Shown here: positions 14,258 to 28,862 of the stretch, piece after piece | Layout of the letters: every line of letters begins with the position of its first letter | Numbering within the stretch: position 1 is the first letter of the stretch | Assembly: GCA_951406725.2 (NCBI GenBank) | Contig: OX597815.1 | Span: forward strand, 109,554,001-109,618,000 | DNA: 64,000 nucleotides | Direction: 5' to 3' | DNA from: Octopus vulgaris | Lineage: Eukaryota | Translations under genes and position numbers: made by a program | Notes under the pieces: model-generated | The model's input: only the letters and a program-made list of their open reading frames with translations | What the model was told of the DNA's origin: nothing | The model's database searches: none

Positions 14258-14425
14258 TATAAAAGATCGTGGGTAAGGCCAAAACAATGCGAAATAAATA
14301 CAAAGTCAATCACAAGAAGATCAATTTGTGAATTAATGTAGACTTACCTTGTGTTCAATATTTCGGGGTTATGACCCCATCCTCAAGAAATTGACGTCAG
14401 TTTGCCTTACCCACAATCATTTATA
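14258..14425. mobile_element. Short inverted-terminus element containing a minus-strand hammerhead-like motif (14354-14390)
   Basis: Termini TATAAAAGATCGTGGGTAAGGCCAAAAC and GTTTGCCTTACCCACAATCATTTATA; minus strand reads TTC-TTGAGGA-T-GGGGT-CATA-ACCCC-GAAAT-ATT-GAA. Confidence 0.6.
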
Positions 14426-14429
14426 GAAC

Positions 14430-14465
<36 letters not shown>

Positions 14466-14534
14466 ATATTGCTTAAGCATTGAGAAACTAATAACTTGCT
14501 ATAATAGAACGTTAATAAGAAAATGAGATGATAT

Positions 14535-14618
14535 AGGCTCCGATGAAGTTATAAGGCGTTACTCAGGCACTCAATAATGAATGAATTGTATCCTATTGCA
14601 GAAACAGCTGTAAGCTAA
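14535..14618 (+). ncRNA. Hammerhead-like motif with CCGATGA core and long stem II insert
   Basis: GGCT-CCGATGA-(54 nt)-GAAAC-AGCT-GTA-AGCT; palindromic stem III; a related 3' half lies on the minus strand at 24826-24848. Confidence 0.5.
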
Positions 14619-14677
14619 TGTGGTTCAAATGGTAATTTTTTATTCATTTGTCATTTCATTGTTACATTTTTTTCTAA

Positions 14678-14719
<42 letters not shown>

Positions 14720-14950
14720 AACAAAACTTACTTGGAGGAGATGAAACAAAACGAAAACGAATCGAATATATAGATAGATAGATAGATAGATAGGAAGGTT
14801 GGTAGGTAGGTAGGTAGGTAGGTATGTAGGTAGGAAGGTAGGCAGGTATGTAGGCAGGTATGTAGGTAGGTATGTAGGTAGGTATATCGGTAGGTAGGTT
14901 GGAACATAGGTAGAACACACACTCATATATATATATAGAGAGAGAGAGAC

Positions 14951-15025
<75 letters not shown>

Positions 15026-15333
15026 GATATAAGCATATGTACACATATATATATAATATATATATAGAAAATATTTTATAGAGGTATAATACATATCTTT
15101 AGAAAAAAATATTCTTTGTGCTTCTGAATAGTTTTTTGAAAGAATAATTCATTAAAGTGAATTTTGTTTAAAAGAAATTAAAATATCAATTTTAAGAGGC
15201 ACAAAGAAAATGTACTTTCATAGAAATTTGAATCTACTACAATGGTGATATCCGCAACATCACCATTGAAATCAATATCTAATCTGTGTTTTACGTATTG
15301 AGTACTTTCTAAAGTAGCACATTTCAATACTTT

Positions 15334-15451
<118 letters not shown>

Positions 15452-15845
15452 TATGTGTTTATATATATATATATATATATATATGGGGTGTTTATATGTA
15501 TAATATGCATGCGTATAAAAATATACGTTTATATATATATGAAAAGATAGCGTGACAGATATAACCCGGTATGTTTCATTAATATATCAAATATATATCT
15601 TCACAAATACGTATTTAACACTACGTTCCTAAAATTATTCATTTGCCCTACGCATATAGGGAATACATACATACGTACATACATACATACATACATACAT
15701 AATACCTACATATGGCTCTATGTATGTACACATAGATGTATGCATATGTGTCTATATGTCTGTGTATGCATATATGTATATACAAGTATATATAATTACA
15801 AATATATATAATTTCATGCATGTACACCTGCAAGTATATATGGAA

Positions 15846-16150
15846 TTGGTACTCCGTCGGTTACGACGACGAGGGTTGCAGTTGATCCAGTCAATGAAAC
15901 AGCCAGCTCCCGAAATTAAGGTGCATGTGACTGAGTATTCCACAGATACGTGTACCCCTTAATGTATTTATTTCTCAGGGAGATTCAGCGTAGCACACAG
16001 TATAACAAGGCTGACCCTTTGAAATACAAGTACAACTCATTGTTGTCAGCTGCGTGTACTGGAACAACATGAAATAAAGTGTCTTGCTCAAGGACACAAC
16101 GCATCGCCTGGAATTGAACTCACGTCCTTGTGATCGTAAGCCACAAAACT
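15846..16150 (-). mobile_element. SINE family A
   Basis: GGTACTCCGTCGGTTACGACGACGAGGG..AAAGTGTCTTGCTCAAGGACACAACGC..GGAATTGAACTC. Confidence 0.85.
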
Positions 16151-16220
16151 TTCAACCTTAATGATGTATATATATTTACATAGATGTACACAGATGAATG
16201 TATATATGTATATATATAAG

Positions 16221-16260
<40 letters not shown>

Positions 16261-16521
16261 CATAAATGCATTTATACATATACATATATGTATATATATA
16301 TATATGCATATATATATACACATATATACATATATATATTCATAGATACACACACACACACACACATATATAATTGATATACGTATACACGCAGGTATAT
16401 AAGCATATTTATATGCTATATTTATGAATAACCAAATACATATAAATTATAATTATTTGTATATGCGTATACATGTATATATGTGTATGAGTGGGTGTGT
16501 ATGTGTGTGTGCGAGTGCGTG

Positions 16522-16577
<56 letters not shown>

Positions 16578-16953
16578 TGGTGTGTGTGCATATAGATTGC
16601 TTCATACCTCATCTAATTTTAAGTGTATTTTATCTGACATATACCATCATTAGTCAGAAATGAAAATATATAGACAGGACTTTACTTTCAACTTTTGTTA
16701 TAGCTATCAAGATCTTCCATTCTAATATGGACATCCCGTTTTATATCGTAATATAGTTTTCGCGTAAAACTTCTTTAAAATGTTTCTCTGTTGCTGGAAA
16801 CATCCTCTTTTCTTCTCTTCTATGGGTAAAGTAAAGAAATGTCACTTGAACACACGTATTACACACACACAAATACAGATGTATATATTGTGTCACTCAG
16901 ATGCAGAAAAGTTCCTTAGTGGTGTATGTATGCATTTGCACATAAAAATAATT

Positions 16954-17033
<80 letters not shown>

Positions 17034-17195
17034 ATATATCACACTCATATATACATATACATATATATATATATACACACATATATATATATATTTATAA
17101 ACACATAAATATGTGTCTATCTATATATATGTATATGCGGATATATGTGTGTATATCTGTGTGTGTTTGTATATTTATGATACATACACACACAA

Positions 17196-17232
<37 letters not shown>

Positions 17233-17399
17233 CGTATATTTATATATATATGTATGTGTGTGTGTGTGTGTGTGTGTATGTATATGTTGATATATGTAGA
17301 TAAACATGAATAAAATATGCGTATTTGCATATTTATGTATTTGAAAAGGGCTATATTCGTTAATAACTCTCTACCTAACTACCTACTTATCAATCTATA

Positions 17400-17446
<47 letters not shown>

Positions 17447-17586
17447 ATGTCAGTCTCTCTGTCTATCAAGTTATACAGTAATACTTTTCTTTATACATAC
17501 ACACTGATATATGTGTGTGCGTGTTTGTGTGTGTGTAACATTGAAATTTATATATATATATATCTATATATGTGTATGTATGTATG

Positions 17587-17617
<31 letters not shown>

Positions 17618-18140
17618 TTATGTATGTATGTATGTATGAATGTATTTATGTATGTATAATTTAAAACAAAAAACGAAGACAGGTGTATAAACAATACCTA
17701 CGTACAACAGATACATATACATATAGATACATGTAATAAATACGCACTCGCAAACACACACACACACACACACGCATACACAGACCACACCCAGCACGAC
17801 TGTGTTCTGATAAAAGCATTTATTGTTCGCAGTTTATCACGTAGCAGTGTTTTTCTGCTGCAATTTATCTGATTGGGACAGCAAACATTTTGCTAATAAA
17901 TAATATATTTTCACTCTATACAGGCCCAGTTTTAGAATTAAATTACGTTTTTGTTTGTAACCTTCAATATGTAATAGATTCTAACAACTAACTAAAACAA
18001 ATTTCGAATCAGCAAACGGAAGTAATATGGAATATTATGTAGACTTGCAATGCATATATAGAAAAATGAAAATATGTGAATGGATTCTTAATGTTTCAAT
18101 CGCCGTTGCGAATAATTCACAAGTTGAAACCCTGAGCATG

Positions 18141-18183
<43 letters not shown>

Positions 18184-18367
18184 TGACAACTACATACATA
18201 AAAACATTAATACACAGTAATATATACAAACGTATAAATATATGCTTAAATACGTATATATATATATATATATATATATGTTGATAGCGAATACACACCT
18301 AAAGTATATTAATATATGTCTATGAACGTATCAATCTAATTTTTTGGGGTGTGTGTGTACATATATA

Positions 18368-18412
<45 letters not shown>

Positions 18413-18509
18413 AAAGTATGAATTGTTTTTCTTTTGTATTTATTTGCATAAATTCTTACGTAATTATTATATATATATATATGTTTATGCCTGGCTGTCT
18501 GTATGTATG

Positions 18510-18540
<31 letters not shown>

Positions 18541-18612
18541 CTATTAGATAGATAAATTTCCTCTATTTACATAATATTGAGGTCTCTTTCTTTCTTTATC
18601 TTACCGTTTTAT

Positions 18613-18695
<83 letters not shown>

Positions 18696-19041
18696 GTATG
18701 ATTTGTTTTTCTTTTCTGTAAATTTGCATAAATTCTTACGTAATTATTATATGTATATTTATGTATGTGTCTTTATATATATATGTGTGTGTGTGTATGT
18801 ATGTATTAATGTAACTATCTGTTATAAGATATTATAGTGTACGTAATGTACTTTTGTGTATATAAATGTATTTATTTGTGTAAATATAATGCATATATTT
18901 GTTTCTCGTTGTTTATAGATAAATAATATTAGGCACCTATATCCATATACGTAATATATAACCTTGTAGTATATGATATATAATGGGTATGTATGTATGT
19001 ATGTATGTATGTATGTATGTATGTATGTATACATACAATCG

Positions 19042-19093
<52 letters not shown>

Positions 19094-19334
19094 TATATGT
19101 ATGAAAGGTTTTCTGAAAATTACTCAGTACAGTATTTAACTATCATGGGGAATTTTTTAAAATAAAAAGTTACATAATCTTTTAAATTTATGTTACCAAA
19201 CTTTTGGGGGAAGTTTTTCCAGTGTGTGTGTGAGCGCTTTCGATTTACTCTTTTCAAACACACGTGCTTCCGGATAATGTGTTTATATATGTATATATAT
19301 ATGTATGTATATATATATATGATTGATTGATTGA

Positions 19335-19487
19335 TTCTAGTTTCAGCTTATGAGCTGTGGCCATGCTGGGGCACCGCCATTTGGTGTTGCTACTTGGTTT
19401 CACTTCATGAAGGCTTTCTAGCAACTGCTATTTGGTGCATGAGAGAGTTCGATGCAGCTGCCCTCATCTGCCCCTCCTGCCGTGAAG

Positions 19488-19548
<61 letters not shown>

Positions 19549-19720
19549 AACGTAGAGTAGATGAAAGCTTTAGCGACTGAAGAAGGGGTTTTTTTCTTTT
19601 GAGTTAATTGTCCTGTATTCTATTTTTTTGCTGTTTTTTAAATAAATGTCCAGTTCCTTTGGTTTGTGTCTATGTTTTCGTTTCTCATTGTGTTCGACGT
19701 CCCTTTTCGTGTCCTGTATT
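19335..19720. mobile_element. Composite repeat (SINE-tail module + (TA)n + GAAACGTA module), copy 1
   Basis: Both modules match the reverse complement of 58782-59285 in the same order and with similar end points. Confidence 0.75.
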
Positions 19721-19840
19721 CATATATGCGTGTATATGTAAATGTAGAGGTAGGTACGTACATATACGTTTATATATATATGCATATGTTTTATTTTATT
19801 TATTAATATATATATATGTATATATGTATGTGTATATATA

Positions 19841-19898
<58 letters not shown>

Positions 19899-20238
19899 CA
19901 TATACATAAATATACATATATATATATATATAATACATATATGCACCCTGTATATGTGCCGTCACGTGAGTCTATATTTGTTTATGCATATGTGCACGTG
20001 TTTGTGAGTGTATTACATAGCATACATACTCAGTTATAGAGGCATGAATGTTCCAACAAATATCTTAATCTCTATATTTTAGATTTCCTTGTTTCCGTTC
20101 CTGTAGTTTATATTTAGAACTTTATCAGTCCATGATGATCGAGAATGAGTTTAACTGCTTCCGGTGAGGTTCCTGCCAACAACCATAACGTGTATATAAG
20201 CGTGTGAGTGAGTGTGTGTATGTATATATGTATGTATG

Positions 20239-20279
<41 letters not shown>

Positions 20280-20476
20280 GTATATGTATATATATATATA
20301 AACATACATACACATACATACATGTATATGTATATATATATATATATATATTCAAACACATACATACATGTATACACACACATATTATATACATATATGT
20401 ATATATATAATATAAAATATACATGTATTATATACATATATATTATATTTATGTATATGTATGTATGCATGTACGC

Positions 20477-20523
<47 letters not shown>

Positions 20524-20766
20524 TAAATACATATATATATGTATATATGTATTATATACATCCATATCTATATACACGAATGTGCATATATGCACATATG
20601 CATACATACGTACATATATATGTGCACACACATACATGCATATATGTATATAAATATTGGTTTCTATGTCGGGTTCTAACAAAATCAATTTTACATTAGA
20701 CTGAAGGATTACTCAATACTTTGTGGACTGTGCATATTTATCATACTTTCCACAGAAATAGCGTTG

Positions 20767-20812
20767 CCAGAGACTTCAAGTTTTCGGCTTGCCTAGCTTT
20801 CATCACACTGTC
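20767..20812 (-). ncRNA. Decayed hammerhead-like motif
   Basis: Minus strand CAGT-GTGATGA-A-AGCT-AGGCA-AGCC-GAAAAC-TTGAA-GTC-TCTGG; several core mismatches. Confidence 0.35.
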
Positions 20813-20858
20813 CAAGGAAAGCCGATAGATATACCCCTAAATACATATATGTGTATGT

Positions 20859-20899
<41 letters not shown>

Positions 20900-21199
20900 C
20901 ATATATATATTTATAGTATATTCATGCTAGCCACCGGTATGAACATTTATTCTAAATTTCTACCCTTATTATTTTCATTATATATATTTATTCACATAGG
21001 TATATATTTATTTATACTCCCATATATATGTGACAATTTATGGAACGTGTAAAGAATCAAACATATATGTGTGTAAATATATTGTATGTGTATGTATGTA
21101 TATATATTAAAAATGTATGATACTTTCATATTTATTTACAGAAACACTTACGCATATGTGATGGTTTCGTGTGTGCTTGTGCTTGTGTTCGTGTTTGTG

Positions 21200-21242
<43 letters not shown>

Positions 21243-21243
<1 letters not shown>

Positions 21244-21488
21244 AGGAGACCCCTTCGGTCATGAATGACCATGGGATTGCACCTAGAAAGTTACCCTCCG
21301 AGGCACAAGTCCCGGCAAGGTTGTTTGTGGAAGGTTAGCAGTTGCCCTTTGCATATCAGCCACCCCTCTCCACACCACTGATGTTAACCACGTAAACACA
21401 AGGGTGCGCGCACACGACACCCACATCCCGGTCACGGGAATCGAACTCACAACCTCACGATCCTAAGCTCGACGCATATGCCTGCACT
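21243..21488 (-). mobile_element. SINE family D (tRNA-like head at right)
   Basis: GGAATCGAACTC (reverse B-box); body homologous to 57266-57505. Confidence 0.75.
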
Positions 21489-21496
21489 TATGCGTG

Positions 21497-21612
<116 letters not shown>

Positions 21613-21964
21613 TAGGTAGATAGATGGATAGAGATTGATAGATGGATAGATAGATAGATAGATAGATAGGTAGGTAGATAGGTAGAAAGATAGATAGAAA
21701 GATTGATAGATAGATGGCTGAAAAGTATTTCAGCTTTACTTGTGGTAGCCAGAGGCTGTAGTCATGGTGCCATTTATCTATCTATCTATCCATCTATCTA
21801 TCTATCTGCAAATGTTGTCAACTGGACAACGCCGTTCTCTATATGCGGCTTGTTGTCATGTTATGCAGCTAAAAAATTTGGTTCAGTACTTGTAAGTACT
21901 GGAAAGATGCAAGTGCTTGAACCTTACACTTCAGACATTTCTATCCCTCACTCTGGATGGAGAG

Positions 21965-22205
21965 AGTGGGATGGCCTAGTGGTTGGGCTGTTGGAACTGG
22001 CGGTGCGTTGTACTCTTGAGCAAACTACTTCTCTGCGATCACTTTGACAACTGGTGTGTGGTACAACGTGCACCTGTCCAGGTAACGTCGATATGATGGA
22101 GGGAGAAATCTTTTAAGTTTCATGCATTTGATCACTATCAACGAAGCATTTGTGCAGGTCATTTAACAAAAGCCGAACACTCATACACCGTCGGGAGAGT
22201 CTGTC
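21965..22205 (+). mobile_element. Decayed SINE-like element (CORE-like GCGTTGTACTCTTGAGCAA)
   Basis: TGGCCTAGTGGTTGG A-box-like start and a segment resembling the family A core. Confidence 0.45.
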
Positions 22206-22209
22206 ATCT

Positions 22210-22345
22210 AGAGAGAGAGAGAGAGAGAGAGATAAGTTATATCAAATCTCTGAGTGAGAGATAAACAGTAACAGTACGGAATTGTAAAGTATATTTGCCA
22301 ACTAAATGCGGCGAGTCTATAGAGGATGGTGTTACTGTTGTTTTT
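22210..22345 (-). repeat. Fragment of the 335-nt retrozyme-like unit, identical to ~33531-33666
   Basis: About 115 bp of non-microsatellite sequence identical base for base, both preceded by (AG)n. Confidence 0.9.
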
Positions 22346-22397
22346 CAGCAAACACACACACGCACACTTGGTCCATGGGTGATAAATATATGCCATC

Positions 22398-22728
22398 CAC
22401 TGCGTGGCACTTTGAGTAAACTTGGCAACCACTTGGTCCTGGGTCTACTATAGCCCTCTGCCGACCAAAGCCTTGTGAGTCGATTTGGTAGACGGAAACT
22501 GAAAGAAGACCGTCGTATGCATATATGTGTGTGTGGGGGGGTTGCGTGTGTCTGTGTTTCTTACCCTCCCTATCGCTTTGCTGACAACTGATGTTGGTGT
22601 GCTTACGTCCCCGTAACTTAGCGGTTCGGCAAAATAGATCGATAGAATAATCACCAGGTTTACAGAGAATACGTCCTGGGGTCGATTTGTTCGACGAAAG
22701 GTGCTCCAGCATGGCCGCTGTCAAATAA
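22398..22728 (+). mobile_element. SINE family C
   Basis: CTACTATAGCC..GACCAAAGCCTTGTGAGT..CCCCGTAACTTAGCGGTTCGGC..CCAGCATGGCC. Confidence 0.85.
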
Positions 22729-22757
22729 TGTCAAATAAATACATATATATAATATGT

Positions 22758-23028
22758 ATTGGTAAAAACGGTAAGATAACAAAAGAAAGAAAGAGACCTC
22801 AATATTATGTAGAGGAAATTTATCTGTAAAATAAAATGTGATAATTATTCGGTAGCCAAGATAAAACTCTGAGTTTCGGATACCGAGGTGGAAATCTACA
22901 ACACCATCTCTTCGGTTATCTGGCCATAGTAGTTTCTGAAGAGATGGTGTTGTGGATTTCCACCTCGGCATCCGAAACTCAGAGTTTTATCTTGGCTACC
23001 GAATAATTGTCACATTATTTTACAGATA
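22758..23028. mobile_element. Fold-back element (arms 22821-22913 / 22938-23028) carrying a hammerhead motif
   Basis: Near-perfect ~92-bp inverted repeat; minus strand 22926-22853 reads TGGCCAGATAA-CCGAAGA-stem II-GAAACTCAGAGTT-TTATCTTGGCTA; terminal part also found reversed at 18549-18616. Confidence 0.8.
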
Positions 23029-23129
23029 TATATTATATGTATATGTGTGTGTGTGTGTAATGATTGTGTTCTACCTTAGTATTTTTGTATGAAAGATTTT
23101 CTGATTTATTTTATTCATCCTGTTCTTTT

Positions 23130-23930
23130 TGGATTTGACCATAGGTCTCTTGAAATGCATCACGTTAAATTTTCAAGCCACGCAGTATATTATATTAAAA
23201 TTTTATCTGCTATAATTATGTATATTTTGCGCATTGTGCCACATCCTGGATGTGCCCCTGGGTGAAGCCTCAAAGTTATTGTTCGCTTCACATATCGGTA
23301 ATGCCGACTATATTTCAAAACATCATGTTATACATCTTTAATTTGATGCAACTGTGAGTTTTGCTATTAACAATATTTGCATAGCTACTATTCATATTTT
23401 TGTGGAGTTCTATATGAAGCGCTGTTAATTTGTCAATGAGTATTGCGATATAAGTAGTTGTAATCGACTGGCCCCTCCCCAAAAATTTTGATGACGCACA
23501 TTTGGATCCAGTGTCACAGTTGGAGTCGTGATGTTTTCAACTTTTATTGGCACATCGAAATCTACTTATTGCATTGATTTTCTGGATTACTTTAAGTGGT
23601 TACTTTGATTAGCGTTTATTAAGCGACAGCGTTTTCTTTCTGGTACTATTGTAATATATTCTCACTGTGAGTTAGTAGTTAGGTGTGCAACATGCTGTGT
23701 TCAGTTATATGAGATTTTTAATGACATATTAGTCCATCTTACAACCAAAGCGCCTATGATGCTTGAACTATACGATACACGTGGCTTGTGTACTGTTAGT
23801 AGATTCTGAATCTCTTGTATATATATATATATAGATAGATAGAGAGAGAGAGTTTTTGTAGGACATTGTCAGCGTGCCTATTATTAACTGATATTTGTTT
23901 CTGCAGATGAGTTCTTTGTTTAAGGGTTTT
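23130..23930 (-). pseudogene. Possible very decayed Penelope-like RT/linker remnant
   Basis: Frameshifted minus-strand pieces KISYN*, TVTLDPN, NIVNSKTH and GCGT/CAKY loosely echo Penelope motifs (IPYNL, STHNPN, IINSKRQ, CxxC) in the right order; weak. Confidence 0.25.
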
Positions 23931-24295
23931 TTATAGTGGACGACTCTTTAAGAAGTTTGACTACTTAATTTATCCTCGTTTCAGGCTTAGCTTCTGACAA
24001 AAAATATATAAAACATCTACGTGAACATTCATTGTCTTCGAACATTTGTTTACATGTTTTGTGTAAACGGAAGTGTATGTATGCATGTATGTATGTATGT
24101 ATGTATGTATGTATGTATGTATGTATGTATGTATGTATGTATGTATGTGCATATATATATATATATTAATATATACATGTGTGTTTACATACAAACATAC
24201 ATATATATACAAGCATGTGTATATATATGTATACACATATATATGTATATGTATGTTATAAAAATTATATATATATGTATTATATATGTATATAT

Positions 24296-24708
24296 TGTGG
24301 TAAGTAGCTTGCTTACCAACAATATGGCTCCGGGTTCAGTCCCACTGCGTGGCACCTTGGGCAGGGGTCTTCTACTATAGCCTCGGACCAACCAAAGCCT
24401 TGTTAATGGATTTGGCAGATGGAAACTGAAAGAAGCTCGTCGTATATACATGTGTGTGTGTATATATGTGTGCGTATATATGTGTGTGTATATGTGTGTG
24501 TGTGTATGTTTGTGTGCCTGTGTTTCTCCCCACACATCGCTTGACAACCGATGCTGGTGTGTTTATGTCCCCATAACTTAGCGGTTCGGCAAAGAGACCG
24601 ATAGAATAAGTACTAAGTTTACAAAGAATAAGTTCTGGGGTCGATTTGTTCGACTAAAGGCGGTGCTCCAGCATGGCCACAGTCAAATAACTGAAATGAA
24701 TAAAAGAA
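24296..24708 (+). mobile_element. SINE family C, well preserved
   Basis: TGTGGTAAGTAGCTTGCTT..GGGTTCAGTCCCACTGCGTGGCACCTTGGGCA..internal (TG)n..CCAGCATGGCCACAGTC. Confidence 0.9.
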
Positions 24709-24924
24709 TATATATATACACATGCTTGTGTATATATGTATGTTTGTATGTAAACACACAGGTATATATTAATATTTACATGATAAATAAATAAATCACA
24801 CATGAATTACGTAATGACATTCAAAAGCTTACAACCGTTTCTGCTATAAATGATTGTGATCCCTGCGACTTCTTATTTTTAAACACACACATACACACAC
24901 AAACCCATACACGTTTATTTATGT

Positions 24925-24976
<52 letters not shown>

Positions 24977-25958
24977 ATACATGAATGCATATATGATGTG
25001 AATATATATTTATATCCATGTATAAATATGTATATATAAATTATATAAATTTATAGTCATACATTTATAAACGCAAATAGAAATCTATATTCATATTTAC
25101 ATACGTATATGCCCATATATATATATATATGTACTTCATGCATCATATATATTACTTTATATTATATTACATTATATTATATTATATTATATTATATTAT
25201 ATTTCATTATATTATAAAGAACCATTTTATTTTCCTGTTCTACTACACAGAATTACAGAAATTCCAACCGTAATGCATATGGTTAGTAGATTGGTAGATC
25301 TGGGTTTACTGTGGGCTATAATCAAATACAAATCGTTTTATTTTGAGTTCAACCCGGTGTAGGTCACATTTGGCATGCATTCTTCTGCTTTCTGTATAAT
25401 ACGTATGTTACAACGAAGTACTCTGTAAGTTAGAAATCATTATATCTTAAACATTGTCAAGTAGCATCAATAAATGTTGTTTGCATTCATTCCCTTAAAT
25501 GGCTAAATGAACATCTGTTATTCCGTTCTGCTGTTTTATTTTCTAATTTCAACAAAATTTCTATATTTTCGAGGTGTCAGCACCATGATGCGATTCCTTC
25601 TGCCAGAGCTCAGGAGTGAATCGAAGAGATATATGGAGGAAGAGCATTTCACTTTCTATCATTCCATCTCCTTTGCATGTGTATACCACAATGAACAATA
25701 AATAACCTCTATTTCAATTGGTATAGAATGATTTGAGGATGACTTTGCTGCTATCAATCAGAGAAAAGCTTCCGTTCGTAGGAAACACTTCCTCCTTGGA
25801 AACTAATGATTTTCTGCGTCGTTACTCAACGATTGTGCTACGTACGACACATCAGCCAACAAAATTATGGATGTCTCGTTGTGAAGAAATCTGAAAAGCA
25901 ATATCACAGATTATAACTGCCAAACATAAATACACACACACACACACACACACACACG

Positions 25959-25993
<35 letters not shown>

Positions 25994-26042
25994 CACACAA
26001 ACACACACACAAACACACACACACATGTATATACATATATGC

Positions 26043-26437
26043 CTGTGGTAAGTAGCTTGCTTACCAACCACATGGTCCTGGGTTCAGTCCCACTGTGTGG
26101 CACCTTAGGTAAGTGTCTTCTACTATAGCCTCGGGCCGACCAAAGCCTTGTGAGTGGATTTGGTAGATGGAAATTGGAAGAAGCCCGTCGTATATGTATA
26201 TATATGTATATATGTATGTGTGTGTATATGTTTGTGTATCTGTATTTATCCCCCAACATTGCTTGACAACCGATGCTGGTGTGTTTACGTCTCCGTAACT
26301 TAGAGGTTTGGCAAAAGATAGAATAAGTACTAGGCTTACAAAGAATAAGCTCTGGGATCGATTTGCTCGACTAAAGGCGATGCTCCAGCATGGCTGCAGA
26401 CAAATGACTGAAACAAGTAAAAGAATAAAAGAAAAAG
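26043..26437 (+). mobile_element. SINE family C, well preserved
   Basis: Highly similar to 24296-24708 along its whole length. Confidence 0.9.
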
Positions 26438-26462
26438 AATATTTATATAAATATATATACAC

Positions 26463-26507
<45 letters not shown>

Positions 26508-27673
26508 CATCGATAGATATACCCCTAAATACATATATGTGTATGTATACATATATATATATATATATATATGAATATATATATGTGTGTGTATGTATGT
26601 GTATACACATACTTATATATAAATATATGTGAAGTATCAAAAACTGAACAGCCATAAAAGGAGAACGAAAGATGGGTTGAAGGATTGTGAACTGGATCTA
26701 TTGGAATTAAACTAATGACTAAAAGTACTTCCTCAGCCAGCATTTTATCTAAAGTCATTACGATTTCGGCGCTGGATAAAGTTGGAAATGCTCAGTTAGT
26801 AAGCGCAATTGTAAGAACAAACAAATCAAAGTCGAGTCTTACAACTGAAGACACAAGGCACGTAGACATGAAACTGTTCGGAAACAGATAAAAAATATTA
26901 ACATGGAAGATGGCACGAACGTACACGCATGCATACACGCACATACGTTGATGCACACTCATATATAGTGTTAAAAATCAGTTACAGAGGGAAACATATG
27001 GCCATATACCATGGAACACTTTTACTTTAATATACACATAGTGTTGTGCGTGTGTGTAATGCATGTATTTTGATTGTCTATTTTGATTTTGTGATATTGT
27101 CGAGCCGCCAAAGGTGCACTTACGAGAACACCTAACCTGCAGTAGTTTATAGCAAAATCTCATTTAAATTATACACTCCACCATCCTAAACCTCAATGTA
27201 GATAATATACCGGTAAATATAGACATTCTTAAACAAACTAAAGATATGGTAGCCCCTCTCTCTACAAAAATGCTATGCTATATGCATACAAAAAATAATG
27301 ATATTTTCATTTAAGAATCGATAGAACCAAACCGAAAGAAATTATTTGTGAATCATCAGGAGGAATGACTATGCAATCAATAAATATGCAAGTGATATCA
27401 ACCAATTATCCCTCAAACCAGACAGCAACATTTTAATATAAAAAAGGACATATTCGGCAATGTGGGCCAGGATTAAAACTAATGGGATGCCCATAACTTT
27501 AATGCCTTTGATAATAAATACTGTAATATTAGCGCTGTCTTGAGTTTAAACACACACACACGCATACACACACAGATACACATACACACATACAGAGCCA
27601 CACACTTACATACGCGCGCACACATACACACAGGGAAGTCTAAACAATATATATATTCATACATTTACATTTA

Positions 27674-27735
<62 letters not shown>

Positions 27736-28000
27736 CAAAGAGAGAGAGAGAGAGGCTTAGAGTTTGTGTGTGCGTTGTGTGTTTGTCAGTGGTTTTTGCA
27801 CAACAAACGTTTGTTGCATTTCGATACTGGTCTACATACTTCTGTTGAAAAGAGTGTACATGCGTATATATGTGTACATGTATAATACGTACACTCATCT
27901 ATGCACACACACACTCTCTCTCTCTCTCTCTTTCACACGCACACATACGCACATATAAATATATGTTCATATATATATGTGGTGTATGTCTGTGTGTGTG

Positions 28001-28037
<37 letters not shown>

Positions 28038-28038
28038 T

Positions 28039-28362
28039 AGACTGCGGACATGCTGGAGCACTGTTTTGAAGAATTTTTAGTCTAACAAATCAACCCCAAT
28101 GTTTACTTTGAAGTCTGGTACTTATTGTGTTGGGCCCTCTTACGGTTACGTAAGTAAACCATCACTGGTTTTCAACACAGCTACACACAGACACACACTC
28201 TTACATATATAGAGAGGGCTTCTTTCAGTTTCCGACAACCAAATCCACCCATAAAGCTTTGGTCGTCCGTGGCTATAGTAGAAGACACATGCTCAGAGTG
28301 CCAGGCAGTAGGACTGAACCCGGAGTCTTGTGGTTAGGAAGCTAACTTCTTACCACGCCACA
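28039..28362 (-). mobile_element. SINE family C
   Basis: CATGCTGGAGCAC..GGCTTCTTTCAGTTTCCG..GGCTATAGTAGAAGACAC..GGACTGAACCCGG. Confidence 0.8.
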
Positions 28363-28399
28363 CATGATATATATAAACGTGCGTAAGCAAGCACATTGA

Positions 28400-28820
28400 T
28401 ACAAAACAAGGTGGAAAAAATAGTACTCGATTACCAAAGATAGAGTAATACGCCCTTTTTTTAATTAAAGCTGTAAAAACATCACAAAAGCAGTTACTCA
28501 GAGTTTCACGTTTCCATTCGTGGTTGATATTTATTTATACATATCAGGCGTGGCTGATAGCTAGGCAAGTTCGCCTCTAGCAAACATCTTTGCCATTATA
28601 TATATACAGTGAAACTTTACAGCGTTGTATATTATCGACTGCTATTTAAAGGAAATATTGGAGCGTTATTCTACCATATATATATATATATATATATATA
28701 CACCGGAGTAACCACACCAATGTGAAACAAGGTGGAAAAAAGAGTGGTCAAATACCAGAGGTAAAGTAATATGCTTTATTTAAAAGCAGCAGAAATATCA
28801 CAAAAACTGTAACTCAGGTT
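28400..28820 (-). mobile_element. Two partial copies (28400-28523, 28701-28820) of an HHR-bearing short repeat
   Basis: Shared AAACAAGGTGGAAAAAA..ATCACAAAA; minus strand 28523-28490 reads CCACGA-ATG-GAAA-CGT-GAAACTCTGAGTA-ACTGC; same family as 52953-53020. Confidence 0.65.
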
Positions 28821-28823
28821 CTA

Positions 28824-28862
<39 letters not shown>

